The notes: generated from the letters alone by a model not told the origin. Shown: positions 27,076 to 38,038, counted from the stretch's first letter. The stretch: 64,000 bases of DNA from a bacterium (GCA_023145965.1 JAGLDC010000035.1:14462-78461); one strand, 5' to 3'. A program made the numbers and translations.

Positions 27076-28320
27076 ATGAAAAAAATTATTATTCTTTCTG
27101 TTTTATTTGCATCGATAGCTTTCTGTTCGGGAAGTTATGTGCACGTGGGTCAAATTGACTTATTCTCTATCGAGCAGGCCGGAGGAGGTTTTTCTTCGAT
27201 TAAGCGAGCAAACCTGGCCACTCGCGCCATCGAAATGGTGATGGAAAACCCCAATTCCTCGACTGATTCTATTCTTATTGCAAATAATGGCAGCCTTGTT
27301 ACTGTCAATTTTAAACGAACTAGATTATTCACTGTTCATCCCGCTGATACGACCGGAACCGGGCTCACTCAGATGGAACTCGCCGAACGCTGGCGCAAAG
27401 CAACAATCGAGGGCATCGAAACCGAGAGGAAGAGATCCATCTCGGCTGGTAACCTCGCCAAATTTGCTCTCGGAGTGCTTTTCCCATTTCTCGTCATAGT
27501 AATATATATTTTAGTTCAAAAGCTCTATTCATCACTTTGTAAAAGCGCAATCAAGAAAGAAGGAACATTCTTTAAAGGAATTAGCTTCCGTAATGTAGAG
27601 GTTATTCCAGCCAAACTACAGGTCAATATTGTACTTAAGCTATTGGTATTTTTCAAATGGGCATTGCTCACTTTAATCTTCTATGTAATGATATTGGTTT
27701 TCTTCAATCTGTTTCCAGCTACCAAGATCTATACCGAGGCGATACTTGAAACAAGCCTACATTGGCTGAGGAATATCGGCAATCTAATGGCCGATGTCCT
27801 AAAATTTATCGTATTCAGTCTGGTGTTCTATCTAATCGCCCGAGTTCTATGGGGTTTGTCGGACATGACATTCAGACACTATGCCACTTCTCCCACAACA
27901 ATAAAGATACCTCAGGCAGCTTTAGAACCTCTTCGTCGCTTAACCAAGATAATTATTGTATTTATCTTCCTTTTACTGCTATTAGCAGCAATTCCTGGGC
28001 CGGGGAATTATTTCGCGCTTGTTCTTTTTGTGGCACTTTTAATAGTAACTTCCATAGCCGCAATGCCCTTCATTACGAGTGCTATCGCAGGCTTATCGAT
28101 ACTCCTAACCCGACAGATCAAAACCGAGGATAGAGTGGAAGTCGATGGTATAATTGGCCAAGTTAAATCTATCGGTTTACTCTGGACCACAATCGAGATC
28201 GATGAAAATAAAACAGCGATACTAATGAACCACAGTCTCCTTGCTGAAAAAACGATACGCTTTCGAAACGATAAGGTCGAACTATCTGATAATAAAACAC
28301 CCGGGGATTCCGATAAATGA
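27076..28320 (+). CDS. MscS family mechanosensitive channel with periplasmic N-terminal domain
   Basis: Multiple TMs and ITSAIAGLSILL..IKTEDRVEV.GIIGQV..IGLLWTTI. Confidence 0.75.
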   Translation: MKKIIILSVLFASIAFCSGSYVHVGQIDLFSIEQAGGGFSSIKRANLATRAIEMVMENPNSSTDSILIANNGSLVTVNFKRTRLFTVHPADTTGTGLTQMELAERWRKATIEGIETERKRSISAGNLAKFALGVLFPFLVIVIYILVQKLYSSLCKSAIKKEGTFFKGISFRNVEVIPAKLQVNIVLKLLVFFKWALLTLIFYVMILVFFNLFPATKIYTEAILETSLHWLRNIGNLMADVLKFIVFSLVFYLIARVLWGLSDMTFRHYATSPTTIKIPQAALEPLRRLTKIIIVFIFLLLLLAAIPGPGNYFALVLFVALLIVTSIAAMPFITSAIAGLSILLTRQIKTEDRVEVDGIIGQVKSIGLLWTTIEIDENKTAILMNHSLLAEKTIRFRNDKVELSDNKTPGDSDK

Positions 28321-30101
28321 AAACAATCGTAATGTCACTCTGCCTTTTGTCTATTGCGGTAGCATTTGGAGCGCCAAATTGGGTTTTCTTTGAGGATAAG
28401 GGTTTTCAGCGCGGAGGTCGCGCTGAAAAGGAAGCAATATCATCGGTGGAAAATCGAGTATCTCAACGAAGTCTTCACCGAAGAGCACTCAGAGGAAATC
28501 CTTTAGATTATGAGGACATTCCGGTTTTTCCAAAATATATCGAACGAATAGAAAATTCAGGGGCTAAAATCCGAGTAATATCGAAATTTCTGAATGCGGT
28601 TAGTGTCGAGGCCGACGAAACTGCACTTTCCATGATTATTGAATTACCATTTGTGGAGCATACCAAACCGGTGGCAAGCTTTCGTAGGGATAGGCCTTTC
28701 GATCTCCATGAGTCTGTCCCATCCTACGGTGATTATGGCACCAGTTGGACACAAAACCGTATGATTGGCGCCGACAGAGCACACTCTTTGGGGCTAACAG
28801 GAGATGGAGTTCTTGTGTGCATCACCGATACGGGATTCAAACTCGATCACCTTGCTTTGGACTCTTCTGAGGTGCTTGGGGCATACGATTTTATTGATGA
28901 TGATAGTATAGTAAGCTTCGAACCGGGCGACCCAAGTCCCTCAGAATCCCATGGAACCATGACATGGTCGGTTATAGGAGGCTACTACCCCGGCGATCTA
29001 ATCGGCACAGCTTATGGTGTGTCTGTTCTCCTCGCGAGAACAGAACACTATACAATGGAATCGCCTGTCGAGGAGGATTATTGGATTGCAGCTGGAGAAT
29101 GGGCGGATAGCGCCGGCGCGGATGTTATCTCAGTGAGCCTCGGGTATTCTGACTGGTACACACCCGATTCCATGACTGGCGATATTGCACCAATCAGCAT
29201 AGTCGCCGATATTCTTGCCGAGCACGGTATTTGCTGCGTGATATGTTCAGGTAACCATGGGAGTGCTGGCGCGACTAGTGTTACTGTTCCGGGCGATGCT
29301 GATTCGGTTATTACCGTTGGAGCAGTTGATATGTATGGAAATCGCTTAAGTTTTTCAGGCCAAGGGCCGACAGCCGATGGTCGAATCAAACCCGAGTTAT
29401 CGGCTCTGGGAATCGGAGTTAAAGCCGCAAGTAGCAGTGGCATATCGGATTTCAGAACAAGCTCCGGCACCAGTGCCTCCACACCTTTAGTAGCCGGACT
29501 CACTGCTCTCATGTTGGAAGCGCGCCCGGAACTCGCGCCGATGGATATTAGGACAGCCCTTATATCCACTGCATCGAACAATGAAACACCGAATAACGAG
29601 ATAGGTTGGGGCATTCCTGATATCATGGCCGCTTTAAGCTATCCTGTTGGCGGTGAAGCCGCAATACCGATTTATACAGGATGGAATCTCGTTAGTATTC
29701 CATTAGCGGACACCATCACCTGTGATGCTGCTTTCCCTGGACACATCGGTGATATATGGCTTTGGGAACCCGATTCCGCCGCTTATATCGAGGCTACAGT
29801 TATCGAACCGGGTAAGGGGTATTTTGTGCTTTATGATTGCGACACGCTTCTTATTATAAACGGCGATACCCCCCTTAACTCTATCGATCTCGAACTCTCG
29901 TCTGGCTGGCACGCAATTGGCGCTGTGGCTAGCACTAACTCGTTGGGGACTATCGCAAGTCGTTCAACAGCGAGTATTCACAATGATTTCTATCTATTTA
30001 GCAAAGACACAGATCAATATAAACAAACAAAGCAATTTCCACCGGGGCATGGCGGATTCCTTCTTGTAACCGTTGGAGGTTCAGTCAGGTTGGCAGAATG
30101 A
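28317..30101 (+). CDS. Secreted S8 serine peptidase with two C-terminal GWNL-type modules
   Basis: ITDTG, SHGT, GTSASTPL, GPTADGRIKP. C-terminal GWNLVSIP..GKGYFV. Confidence 0.88.
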   Translation: MKTIVMSLCLLSIAVAFGAPNWVFFEDKGFQRGGRAEKEAISSVENRVSQRSLHRRALRGNPLDYEDIPVFPKYIERIENSGAKIRVISKFLNAVSVEADETALSMIIELPFVEHTKPVASFRRDRPFDLHESVPSYGDYGTSWTQNRMIGADRAHSLGLTGDGVLVCITDTGFKLDHLALDSSEVLGAYDFIDDDSIVSFEPGDPSPSESHGTMTWSVIGGYYPGDLIGTAYGVSVLLARTEHYTMESPVEEDYWIAAGEWADSAGADVISVSLGYSDWYTPDSMTGDIAPISIVADILAEHGICCVICSGNHGSAGATSVTVPGDADSVITVGAVDMYGNRLSFSGQGPTADGRIKPELSALGIGVKAASSSGISDFRTSSGTSASTPLVAGLTALMLEARPELAPMDIRTALISTASNNETPNNEIGWGIPDIMAALSYPVGGEAAIPIYTGWNLVSIPLADTITCDAAFPGHIGDIWLWEPDSAAYIEATVIEPGKGYFVLYDCDTLLIINGDTPLNSIDLELSSGWHAIGAVASTNSLGTIASRSTASIHNDFYLFSKDTDQYKQTKQFPPGHGGFLLVTVGGSVRLAE

Positions 30102-31381
30102 AATTTAGAAGACCATTTATTATAATAGCTGGCGCACTTGCATTATCTTGTAGCGGTGAACCTAAATTATCTGTAGAAGAACCGATTTATACAGCTGGCC
30201 AACTTGCGCCTCGAGAGCGGAAGACCGTCTGGTTTAAACTATCTAACGAAGGCGACAAAGAGCTTGTCATAGAAAATATTCGTTCGCTTTGCGACTGCAT
30301 TGTTGTCGAGCAGGCACCCGAGACAATACAGCCACAGTCAAGCGACAGCCTGAAGGTGGTTTACACTGCGCCGGATAGCGCAGGCCCGGATGAAAGTTAC
30401 CTTATGCTCAGGACCAACTCAGACCCGAAAAACATGAAACTTGGCATCAAATCGACTGTTCTCGAAGTCAAGCTTACTCGCGAGGATAGCTCGATAGTCA
30501 TATTCCCGTTTCAGGTTAGTGGTCTTGCCGATGGGCAGAAGTTTTCGCTTGATATATTTCAATACCTTATCGAACATGTTCCGCCGGGTTACACCGCCAA
30601 AAACCCTAATGAAATGACCAATAAATTCCGTGACGATCCAGCTTTCGAAAAGGAACCGCTCAACGACGTCGCACGCAAATGGTCGAATCTATTGGGCATA
30701 CGCTTTGTTGTTCTCGGTGATGCAAGGCCTTCAGTAACCGGCGAGGGCCTAGACCTCAGCATTATGCTTGTCGATGGCACATTCCGTCTGCCTATTGGTA
30801 AACGAATTACCGGTATCGAGATGGAAAACGCCTTCAAAGCAACCTCGGATACTATCGCTTACATACTGTCAAATCTTGGTGAATTGGAAAAACAGGCGTT
30901 TATTGCAGACCTTCAGAGGAAATGGGCGGAGCAGCGTGCCGCAATGATTGGCAAACCAGCTCCACCGCTGGCCGCTGAAAATATTATTTCAGGAAAAACC
31001 ATAGGAATAGATAATTTTAAAGGAAGCCCGCTTATCATTCAGTTTTTCTCCTCAGATTGCGATCACTGCGAAGAGGAGATGGAATGGCTTAAAGGGCTTA
31101 TCCAGGAGCATTCAGATATCGCGGCACTTGGCGTCTCGGTGGATGTCGGCGAAATCGACTCCGTGAAGAATTTTATCAAGGGCAAAGAACTTAATTATCC
31201 AGTTATACTTCCGACCGAGGAAAACGAGAAACAACTCGACCCCTATTATGGTGGTGCTACGCCGCAAACGGTCATTATTTCGCCCGAGGGCATTGTTGTC
31301 GAGTATTTCATGGGCGCAAATTCCAGAACTTATGCCAAATTTGAGAAACTGCTTATAGGCATGCTTGCCGATAAGCAGTAA
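30098..31381 (+). CDS. Lipoprotein: DUF1573-like Ig domain + TolB-N/CsgG-like domain + TlpA-type redoxin
   Basis: Lipobox ALSC, NEGD..LCDC, GKPAP..FFSSDCDHC..TPQTVII. Confidence 0.7.
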   Translation: MKFRRPFIIIAGALALSCSGEPKLSVEEPIYTAGQLAPRERKTVWFKLSNEGDKELVIENIRSLCDCIVVEQAPETIQPQSSDSLKVVYTAPDSAGPDESYLMLRTNSDPKNMKLGIKSTVLEVKLTREDSSIVIFPFQVSGLADGQKFSLDIFQYLIEHVPPGYTAKNPNEMTNKFRDDPAFEKEPLNDVARKWSNLLGIRFVVLGDARPSVTGEGLDLSIMLVDGTFRLPIGKRITGIEMENAFKATSDTIAYILSNLGELEKQAFIADLQRKWAEQRAAMIGKPAPPLAAENIISGKTIGIDNFKGSPLIIQFFSSDCDHCEEEMEWLKGLIQEHSDIAALGVSVDVGEIDSVKNFIKGKELNYPVILPTEENEKQLDPYYGGATPQTVIISPEGIVVEYFMGANSRTYAKFEKLLIGMLADKQ

Positions 31382-31505
31382 AATGATCTATATTAAACAC
31401 GGGTTTAAGCCAGCTTTTAGAATATATCATTTGAGCATCATAGAATGGAAAATCCCCGGTCTAATGGGATGATAAAATGTGCTAAAGTATTATCATTGGA
31501 GTTGA

Positions 31506-33818
31506 ATGGGTATTAGGAAAGCTGTTTTTTCTATTCTTGCATTAACGACTTTGCTTTTCGGGGCGGACAAATGCATTCTTTCGGGTTTCGTGCGTTCGGC
31601 GGCTTCGGGTGAGGCTATTGCAGGGGCGAATGTATATATTGAAGGGGAACCTTTTGGCGCGGCAGCAAATATATATGGTTATTATACTATAACCTCGGTG
31701 CCATCGGGTGGGCCACACAACCTTATAATTTCGGCGATTGGTTATGCACCTCAAAAAATCCAAATAATTTGTGAAGGCAAACCTTTACGTAATGATTTTG
31801 AGCTAATGTTGCAAGCTATTAAGGGTAAGGAGATTGTTGTCCAAGCACAGAGGGTTGGTGGGATGAAAGATCCTTATATTGGACATATGCTGATCAAAAG
31901 CGATCTTATTCGTCATGCACCGGTTCTTGCCGAACCTGATCTTTTCCGCACACTTCAGATGTTACCCGGTATAACTTCCATCTCGGATTTCTCAAGTGGG
32001 CTTTATATATGGGGTGGGACGCCGAGTGACAATCTAATACTTCTTGATAACATAGAGGTTTATAATCCGACTCACCTTATGGGCTTTTTCAGCACATTTA
32101 TTGTCGATGCTGTGCGCGAGGCCAACCTCGTCAAAGGTGGTTATCCTGCTAAATGGGGCGGGAGATTAGGTTCTGTTTTAGAGGTAACCAACAAGGATGG
32201 TAACCGAAAAGAATTCCACGGAAACGCGGAATTATCGCTTTTATCCGGCAAGGTATTCCTTGAAGGTCCTATAAAAAACGGAAGTTATGTTATCGCTGGG
32301 CGAAGGACTTGGATCGATGCTGCTACAGCCCTTCTCGAGCGCAACGACATTATGGATGAAAACTTGCCATATTATTTCTACGACCTTCAGGGAAGGTTCA
32401 ATCGTGATCTCGGCAATAGAGATAAACTCTCTTTTAGCTTTTATTGTGGCGATGATGTTTTTGCTATCGAGGATGATGAGGATGAAGCTCAATCTAGCGA
32501 TTCCATGATCTATAGCGAAAATGAAAATGACGATTTCGAGTATCGTTGGGGCAATTTGACATTGAGCACACAGTGGACACACATATTCAGTGAAAAGCTA
32601 TTCAGCCACATGGTTTTAGCAGGAAGCAAGTTTAGAACTAAACTCGATTCCGATGCCGATGATATGGAATTGAACGACCGAATTGGGGACCTAACACTTA
32701 AAGGCGATATGTCCTATGCTTATAATGAAGAGCATTTTTTAAACTTCGGTGGTATGGTTAAATGGCGCGAGGTGAAAAACTATTTTAATGTGCGCGAATT
32801 CGACGACGAGGGCATAGCTACCAGCACATTCGAGATGAACGATTACACTGGAGCTTCATTGCTCGCAGGCTATATTCAAGATGAATATAGCCCGAATATA
32901 CAATGGAAAGTTCAAGGTGGTTTTCGTTTAGAATATGCTACAAACGGTGGTTATTTTACAATTGGGCCAAGGCTTTCGGGGCAAAGGCTTTTAGATGATA
33001 AAACTACGCTAAGAGCAGCTTACGGCCATTATTACCAATATATTCACCTTATTAATCCGCTGGAGGAAATCGGCATAGCTACATTCGATAGTTGGGTGCC
33101 CTGCAATGATGATCTTAAACCAGCGGTTTCAGATCATTTCGTTTTGGGGATGGAAACAGATTATCTTCCGGTTCATATATCGATGAATGCATATTTCAAG
33201 CACATGAACAGACTCATAGAATCGCGCGACGAGGTTATTTTTAACAGCGATGGTGACATCGATGCTCGTTTCCATATCGGCACAGGATGGGCTTCGGGAT
33301 TTGATATTTCTATAGAGGGCAAAATAGGGCAATTCGCTGGTTGGGCGGGTTATGCCCTTGGATTTACCATGCGTAAGATGCCTGGAAAAAATGGCGGTGA
33401 GTTCTATCCGCCAAAATACGACCGACGCCACAGTTTCAAGTTGTATACTGCTTATAAACCATCGGATCGTGTCACACTGGCTGCGTCCTTTAATTATGGA
33501 ACTGGACAGCCTTCTACTGAACCTATCGATTTTGAAGAGGAGGTGTTGGGCGGTTACAAATATTATTGGCCGATTTGGGATGATAATGCTTACCATAATG
33601 GAAGATTACCGGATTATCATAGACTGGATTTGAGTTTAAACTGGGTAGCCTATACCGGCAACTGGAAGCTTATCCCGTATTTCCAGATATTAAATATCTA
33701 CAATAGGAGCAATGTTCTTTTTCGGGAGTGGGATGAGCCTATGTATGACAAGATTGAAGCAGACGATAGCTGTATGCTACCTTTCTTGCCAACCTTTGGT
33801 ATCAGGGCAGAATTTTAA
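31506..33818 (+). CDS. TonB-dependent receptor with carboxypeptidase-regulatory-like N-domain
   Basis: EPDLFRTLQMLPG, NLILLDNIEVYNP.H..GFFS, KGGYPAKWGGRLGSV, RLPDYHRLD, C-terminal Phe. Confidence 0.9.
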   Translation: MGIRKAVFSILALTTLLFGADKCILSGFVRSAASGEAIAGANVYIEGEPFGAAANIYGYYTITSVPSGGPHNLIISAIGYAPQKIQIICEGKPLRNDFELMLQAIKGKEIVVQAQRVGGMKDPYIGHMLIKSDLIRHAPVLAEPDLFRTLQMLPGITSISDFSSGLYIWGGTPSDNLILLDNIEVYNPTHLMGFFSTFIVDAVREANLVKGGYPAKWGGRLGSVLEVTNKDGNRKEFHGNAELSLLSGKVFLEGPIKNGSYVIAGRRTWIDAATALLERNDIMDENLPYYFYDLQGRFNRDLGNRDKLSFSFYCGDDVFAIEDDEDEAQSSDSMIYSENENDDFEYRWGNLTLSTQWTHIFSEKLFSHMVLAGSKFRTKLDSDADDMELNDRIGDLTLKGDMSYAYNEEHFLNFGGMVKWREVKNYFNVREFDDEGIATSTFEMNDYTGASLLAGYIQDEYSPNIQWKVQGGFRLEYATNGGYFTIGPRLSGQRLLDDKTTLRAAYGHYYQYIHLINPLEEIGIATFDSWVPCNDDLKPAVSDHFVLGMETDYLPVHISMNAYFKHMNRLIESRDEVIFNSDGDIDARFHIGTGWASGFDISIEGKIGQFAGWAGYALGFTMRKMPGKNGGEFYPPKYDRRHSFKLYTAYKPSDRVTLAASFNYGTGQPSTEPIDFEEEVLGGYKYYWPIWDDNAYHNGRLPDYHRLDLSLNWVAYTGNWKLIPYFQILNIYNRSNVLFREWDEPMYDKIEADDSCMLPFLPTFGIRAEF

Positions 33819-33966
33819 CCTGCCTTCACATATTGACCTTGGCAAGACGATCTTTTCGCGTTATACACCAGCGCTGTCGTTGCTATTTTTTTTAGAGGAG
33901 ATCATTCTTTTAATATTTTAGGTTGTTATAAATTGCAATTTTTTATTAAATACTTATAGATTGGCG

Positions 33967-33995
33967 TTGACTTTTTTGTTAAAGGCCTTTAATTT
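33967..33995 (+). promoter_or_regulatory. Putative promoter TTGACT-N17-TAATTT
   Basis: Upstream of the AGGAGGAG SD and ATG 34089. Confidence 0.45.
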
Positions 33996-34088
33996 ATATT
34001 TGATTAGAGTTCTTCGATTGGGATAGTATCTATCTTGATTTTTGGAGAATTGTTTAGTTATGCTATTAAAACCATTTAAGGAGGAGAT

Positions 34089-37000
34089 ATGAGACGGAAT
34101 TTGTTTATTGGATTGTCTCTATTGTTGTGTATTATTGGGGTGTCGGTTGCCAATTCTCGGTCGCCGCTTTCGGCTGGGAATATGAATTTTGTTTGTCAAG
34201 GAAGAACATATGCTGGTCAAAACACTTTTGAGACCGGCGCTTATGCTTCCGAAGACTTTAATTTCTTCATCAGTTGTCATTTCGATACTGGTGGTGTCGA
34301 TGTTGGTTTTGTTATCGACTCTTCCGGTTCGATGTCTGGAACACTCACTGCGGTCAAAGCGACCATAGGCTCATTTGCTACGGGTTTAGACACTGCGGGT
34401 TATGATGCGCGTTATGGTGGATGTCCTTATGCTGACAGCACTCGTGGCATGTGGGATTTCAATGCGAGCACTCCACATCCTGATTATGAGATGACGAATA
34501 ACATATCCACTTTTCAGACTAGACTTGCGACCTGTGGTGCTTCTGGCGGTGGCGATACACCGGAAGAATACCTCGATGCTCTTGCTGCAGTGATGCGTCA
34601 CTACGACTGGCGGCTTCTTTCGATGAAGATTATCATAGGTTTCACCGATGCTGTTTTCTGCGAGCTTGGCAATTCTTGTTTTGACTGCCGCTCCAATGAG
34701 AACAAGGACGACATTCTCGATGAGCTTATCGATGGTGGTTTCATTTTATTTAACATCACAAAGATACCGCCATACTGGAGTTCTTGTGTTCCAGCCTCTC
34801 CGTATCACTCTGATTGGTATCAACTATCGGCTGACACAACAGGTGGACAATGGTATAATCTTACTACTACACCGTGGACTACTATTTTCTCTGATGTTAT
34901 CACCTTCATTCGCGACTATCAGAGTATCGGTGTTGCGGTTATCAACTCGGGAACAGACACTATTTATGATGTTACAGGCGAGCTTATTGCGAGCGACTGC
35001 TTCGAGGTTATCACCGCTCCGGCGGTCAACCCTGCTATCGCTCCTGGTGACACTGTGATTTTCAATTGGAGACTCGAGCCATTCGATCCTGTTACCTGTC
35101 CGATGGACAGTTCTGAAGAGTTCTGCTTCCTTACTGTTTTTCATGCTACCGATGGCGTCGCTCCAATATCTGACTTTGTTACCGGAGGATGTGTTTTCTT
35201 CGGAGCGGATTGCGGGTGCGATGGAACCAATGCAGAGAAGGAATTCCCTCCCAACCTAGCAATTACTTCCTGTCCTGACCAGCTCGTCCGCTATTCGATG
35301 TCCACGAAGTGCTATCTTGACACTACTTCGTTTATATTTAAAGTTAACTCCGGTTCTGGATGGATAATGATTCCCTGGAACGGCGATGGCATGACCATGC
35401 TTTCAGATACTGGTTTTGTGTGGGCACCAGCCGAGTCACTTTTGTTCTTCGAGCACGGCGACACCACCCTACACGAGCTTTATCAACTAAACGATGTTTC
35501 TGGCCTTGGGCTCCATAGCAGACCTTCCGGCAATTTCGTTGTCGATCTGTTGCCTCCGGTCTATGACACTCCTTATCCTGTCGATGGTGCTCTCATCGGC
35601 GGACCTCCAGCCTATGTTAGGATCAATGTCACCGATGATCTTTCCGGTGTGGATCCGGGCGAAGGCTGGTGGTTATCTGTCAATGATACAGAGGTTCCCA
35701 CAACTGACTCACACCTCACCTTCGATGGCATGATGATCAGCCTCGAGGTTGCGGGTTCGATTACATCGATGTTCCCTCCGGGTGATACCATCGAGATTTG
35801 CGTTGGTGCTCAGGATTCACCGGATCTTTGCGATCCGAATGTTAGCTCAATCTGTTGGAGCTTCATTATCGATTATCTAGACTTCGATTTACCAGAAATG
35901 ATCGTTGAACCGAACGATACATTCTTGGTGCCAATAATCGCTTACAATCCCAATAGATTTGTTCTCCACGATTTCTCGGTTTCCTTTGAGTATAATCCCG
36001 ATATACTTATTTTCACCGGCACAGATAGAACTGGCAGCGCCTTACCGACCTCCTGGATTACCAGCGTGGACACCGCCGCCGGTGTGGCAACAGTTTGGGG
36101 TAGCGGCACTGGAGCGCTAGCCGATGTTGACACACTTATATTCCTTTCTGCCATTGTTAAACCTGAGGCTCCAAGCGCTTCATTCACACCGCTTATTTAC
36201 ACAGAAGATGGCATTGTCCTCGACAGCGGATATATCGGTTACAGGATTATTGATAACGGTTGGGTGCTCGTTGGTTGGTCACCAGAAACTTGGGTTCATG
36301 ATCTAACCTTCGATTCTGATACAAGGCCATTGAATACTATTCTCACTTTTGGTATGCAAAACGCAGCTAGTGCAAGCTATGATCTTGGTATCGATATTCC
36401 TTTCTACCCACCACCTGCCAATAGAACAAATTCTTATTTCCCGATTTCGGACTCTGTTTATCCTCTGGTTACCAAACTCGAGCGAGACCTCAGAGCTCCT
36501 GCGCCACTTCCTGTAGAATGGAAGATAGCAACTGTTGGTGAAGCTGGCATCCTCACTTGGTCAACCGCCGGCCTCCCAGAAGGAGAACTCACGCTTAATG
36601 GCATGATCGAGATGCACCTTCACGATACCTATCATTATGCAGCCAACGAGACTATCACTATTGTCTATGACCGTCCCGAACCGATTATCAACGAGATCAG
36701 CATTGATGTTGGATGGAATCTTGTAGGCTTCCCGTGCATCCCCACTGTCGATGTTGTCCCGAATATTATCCCGGGCGGTTTGTATCATCTTTACGGATAT
36801 AACCCCTTTGACCTTGCCTATTTCTCAACCAATAGAGCCGAAGCCGGTCATGGTTATTGGGTTTATTCCATGGAAGAGGGCACATATAACATGGGCGGAA
36901 TTCCGGTTGCCAGCTATGAAGTTCCTTTGAACACCGGTTGGAACCTGGTTGGTTGCGCAAATGTCTCCAGTGCCACATACACAAGCACGCCAGCCATTTC

Positions 37001-37745
37001 CGGATTGCCCCAATTCTATAATACGACAACTGGTATGTATGAGACCTCCTCGTTTATCGAAGCAGGCATGGGCTACTGGATTCTTGTTACCTCACCGGGA
37101 ACCTTCCAAGTTCCGGGTGCCAGGTCCTTCAAAGCAAACAATCCCGATTGGAGTGCTAATTTCGAGTTTGATGAGAAAATATATACTATCGGCCAGGGCT
37201 CATCCGAGAATAGCCTCGGTATTCCACCGATAACACCCGATGGTGAAACCGTTATCCCTGGCGCATTGATGATGGATGGTTTCAAGATGTGGAGTCTTAT
37301 CTCACCCGATGCTGAGACTTGGACCTTCCACTCAGATGAATCGGGTTGGCTTCTCTGGAATGGCACAGATAATCCGCGTATTGCTGTTACAATACACGGC
37401 AAAAAAACCGTCCTCGAAAATGGTATGCAGTTATTCTTGAGTAAGGGTGATTTCGCAGTGTTCAACAAAGCAGGATCACTTCCAGAGGTTTACGGTGTTA
37501 TGGTCAAACCGAACCCCGCCAATGCGGCGTTTATGGTCACTGTGGATGTTCCTCAGCAGAGTGATGTAACTGTCGGTCTTTACGACATGCTCGGAAAACG
37601 CATCGACCGCATCGCTGACGAGAAACTCACCGCAGGAACACATAGCTTCAATTGGCATAGCAAATCCGAACCCAGTGGCGTGTATTTTGTTCGCGTCAAC
37701 TGGGATGGTGGCGAAGTTGTTCAGAAAGTCGTTTTACTCAAATAA
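34089..37745 (+). CDS. Secreted vWA + Ig-like repeat + cohesin-like + GWNL-module protein with T9SS type A-like CTD
   Basis: MIDAS DSSGS, GGGDTPE, FTDA. Cohesin-like PNDTFLVPI..FEYNPDILIF. PNPAN..SGVYFVR..QKVVLLK. Confidence 0.8.
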   Translation: MRRNLFIGLSLLLCIIGVSVANSRSPLSAGNMNFVCQGRTYAGQNTFETGAYASEDFNFFISCHFDTGGVDVGFVIDSSGSMSGTLTAVKATIGSFATGLDTAGYDARYGGCPYADSTRGMWDFNASTPHPDYEMTNNISTFQTRLATCGASGGGDTPEEYLDALAAVMRHYDWRLLSMKIIIGFTDAVFCELGNSCFDCRSNENKDDILDELIDGGFILFNITKIPPYWSSCVPASPYHSDWYQLSADTTGGQWYNLTTTPWTTIFSDVITFIRDYQSIGVAVINSGTDTIYDVTGELIASDCFEVITAPAVNPAIAPGDTVIFNWRLEPFDPVTCPMDSSEEFCFLTVFHATDGVAPISDFVTGGCVFFGADCGCDGTNAEKEFPPNLAITSCPDQLVRYSMSTKCYLDTTSFIFKVNSGSGWIMIPWNGDGMTMLSDTGFVWAPAESLLFFEHGDTTLHELYQLNDVSGLGLHSRPSGNFVVDLLPPVYDTPYPVDGALIGGPPAYVRINVTDDLSGVDPGEGWWLSVNDTEVPTTDSHLTFDGMMISLEVAGSITSMFPPGDTIEICVGAQDSPDLCDPNVSSICWSFIIDYLDFDLPEMIVEPNDTFLVPIIAYNPNRFVLHDFSVSFEYNPDILIFTGTDRTGSALPTSWITSVDTAAGVATVWGSGTGALADVDTLIFLSAIVKPEAPSASFTPLIYTEDGIVLDSGYIGYRIIDNGWVLVGWSPETWVHDLTFDSDTRPLNTILTFGMQNAASASYDLGIDIPFYPPPANRTNSYFPISDSVYPLVTKLERDLRAPAPLPVEWKIATVGEAGILTWSTAGLPEGELTLNGMIEMHLHDTYHYAANETITIVYDRPEPIINEISIDVGWNLVGFPCIPTVDVVPNIIPGGLYHLYGYNPFDLAYFSTNRAEAGHGYWVYSMEEGTYNMGGIPVASYEVPLNTGWNLVGCANVSSATYTSTPAISGLPQFYNTTTGMYETSSFIEAGMGYWILVTSPGTFQVPGARSFKANNPDWSANFEFDEKIYTIGQGSSENSLGIPPITPDGETVIPGALMMDGFKMWSLISPDAETWTFHSDESGWLLWNGTDNPRIAVTIHGKKTVLENGMQLFLSKGDFAVFNKAGSLPEVYGVMVKPNPANAAFMVTVDVPQQSDVTVGLYDMLGKRIDRIADEKLTAGTHSFNWHSKSEPSGVYFVRVNWDGGEVVQKVVLLK

Positions 37746-37760
37746 AACGAATTGCAGAAT

Positions 37761-37796
37761 AAAAAAAGCCCCGGCCAAATGGTTGGGGCTTTTTTT
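37761..37796. terminator. Bidirectional intrinsic terminator
   Basis: A7-GCCCCGGCC-AAAT-GGTTGGGGC-T7 between convergent genes. Confidence 0.85.
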
Positions 37797-37813
37797 ATAA
37801 TACGGGAAACGAA

Positions 37814-38038
37814 TTAAAGTCGATATTTACTTCTGGGTTTAGTTTTTTTCGGTTGTAATGCCTTCTTAATAAAAAAATATGCCACACATCCAATCACTCC
37901 AACAACCGCCCCTATACTCAAGCCCCACACAACCGAATCGGTGGCCATTCCAATGGAAAAGCCAAGGCCTATCCCTATTGCAAGTATCACTAAATAAACT
38001 GGATCGTGTCCCCATGCCTTTTTCTTCTTTTTTCCCAT
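37814..38038 (-). CDS. Small two-TM membrane protein
   Basis: 74 aa with two Gly-rich hydrophobic helices and basic termini. Confidence 0.6.
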   Translation of the reverse strand: MGKKKKKAWGHDPVYLVILAIGIGLGFSIGMATDSVVWGLSIGAVVGVIGCVAYFFIKKALQPKKTKPRSKYRL

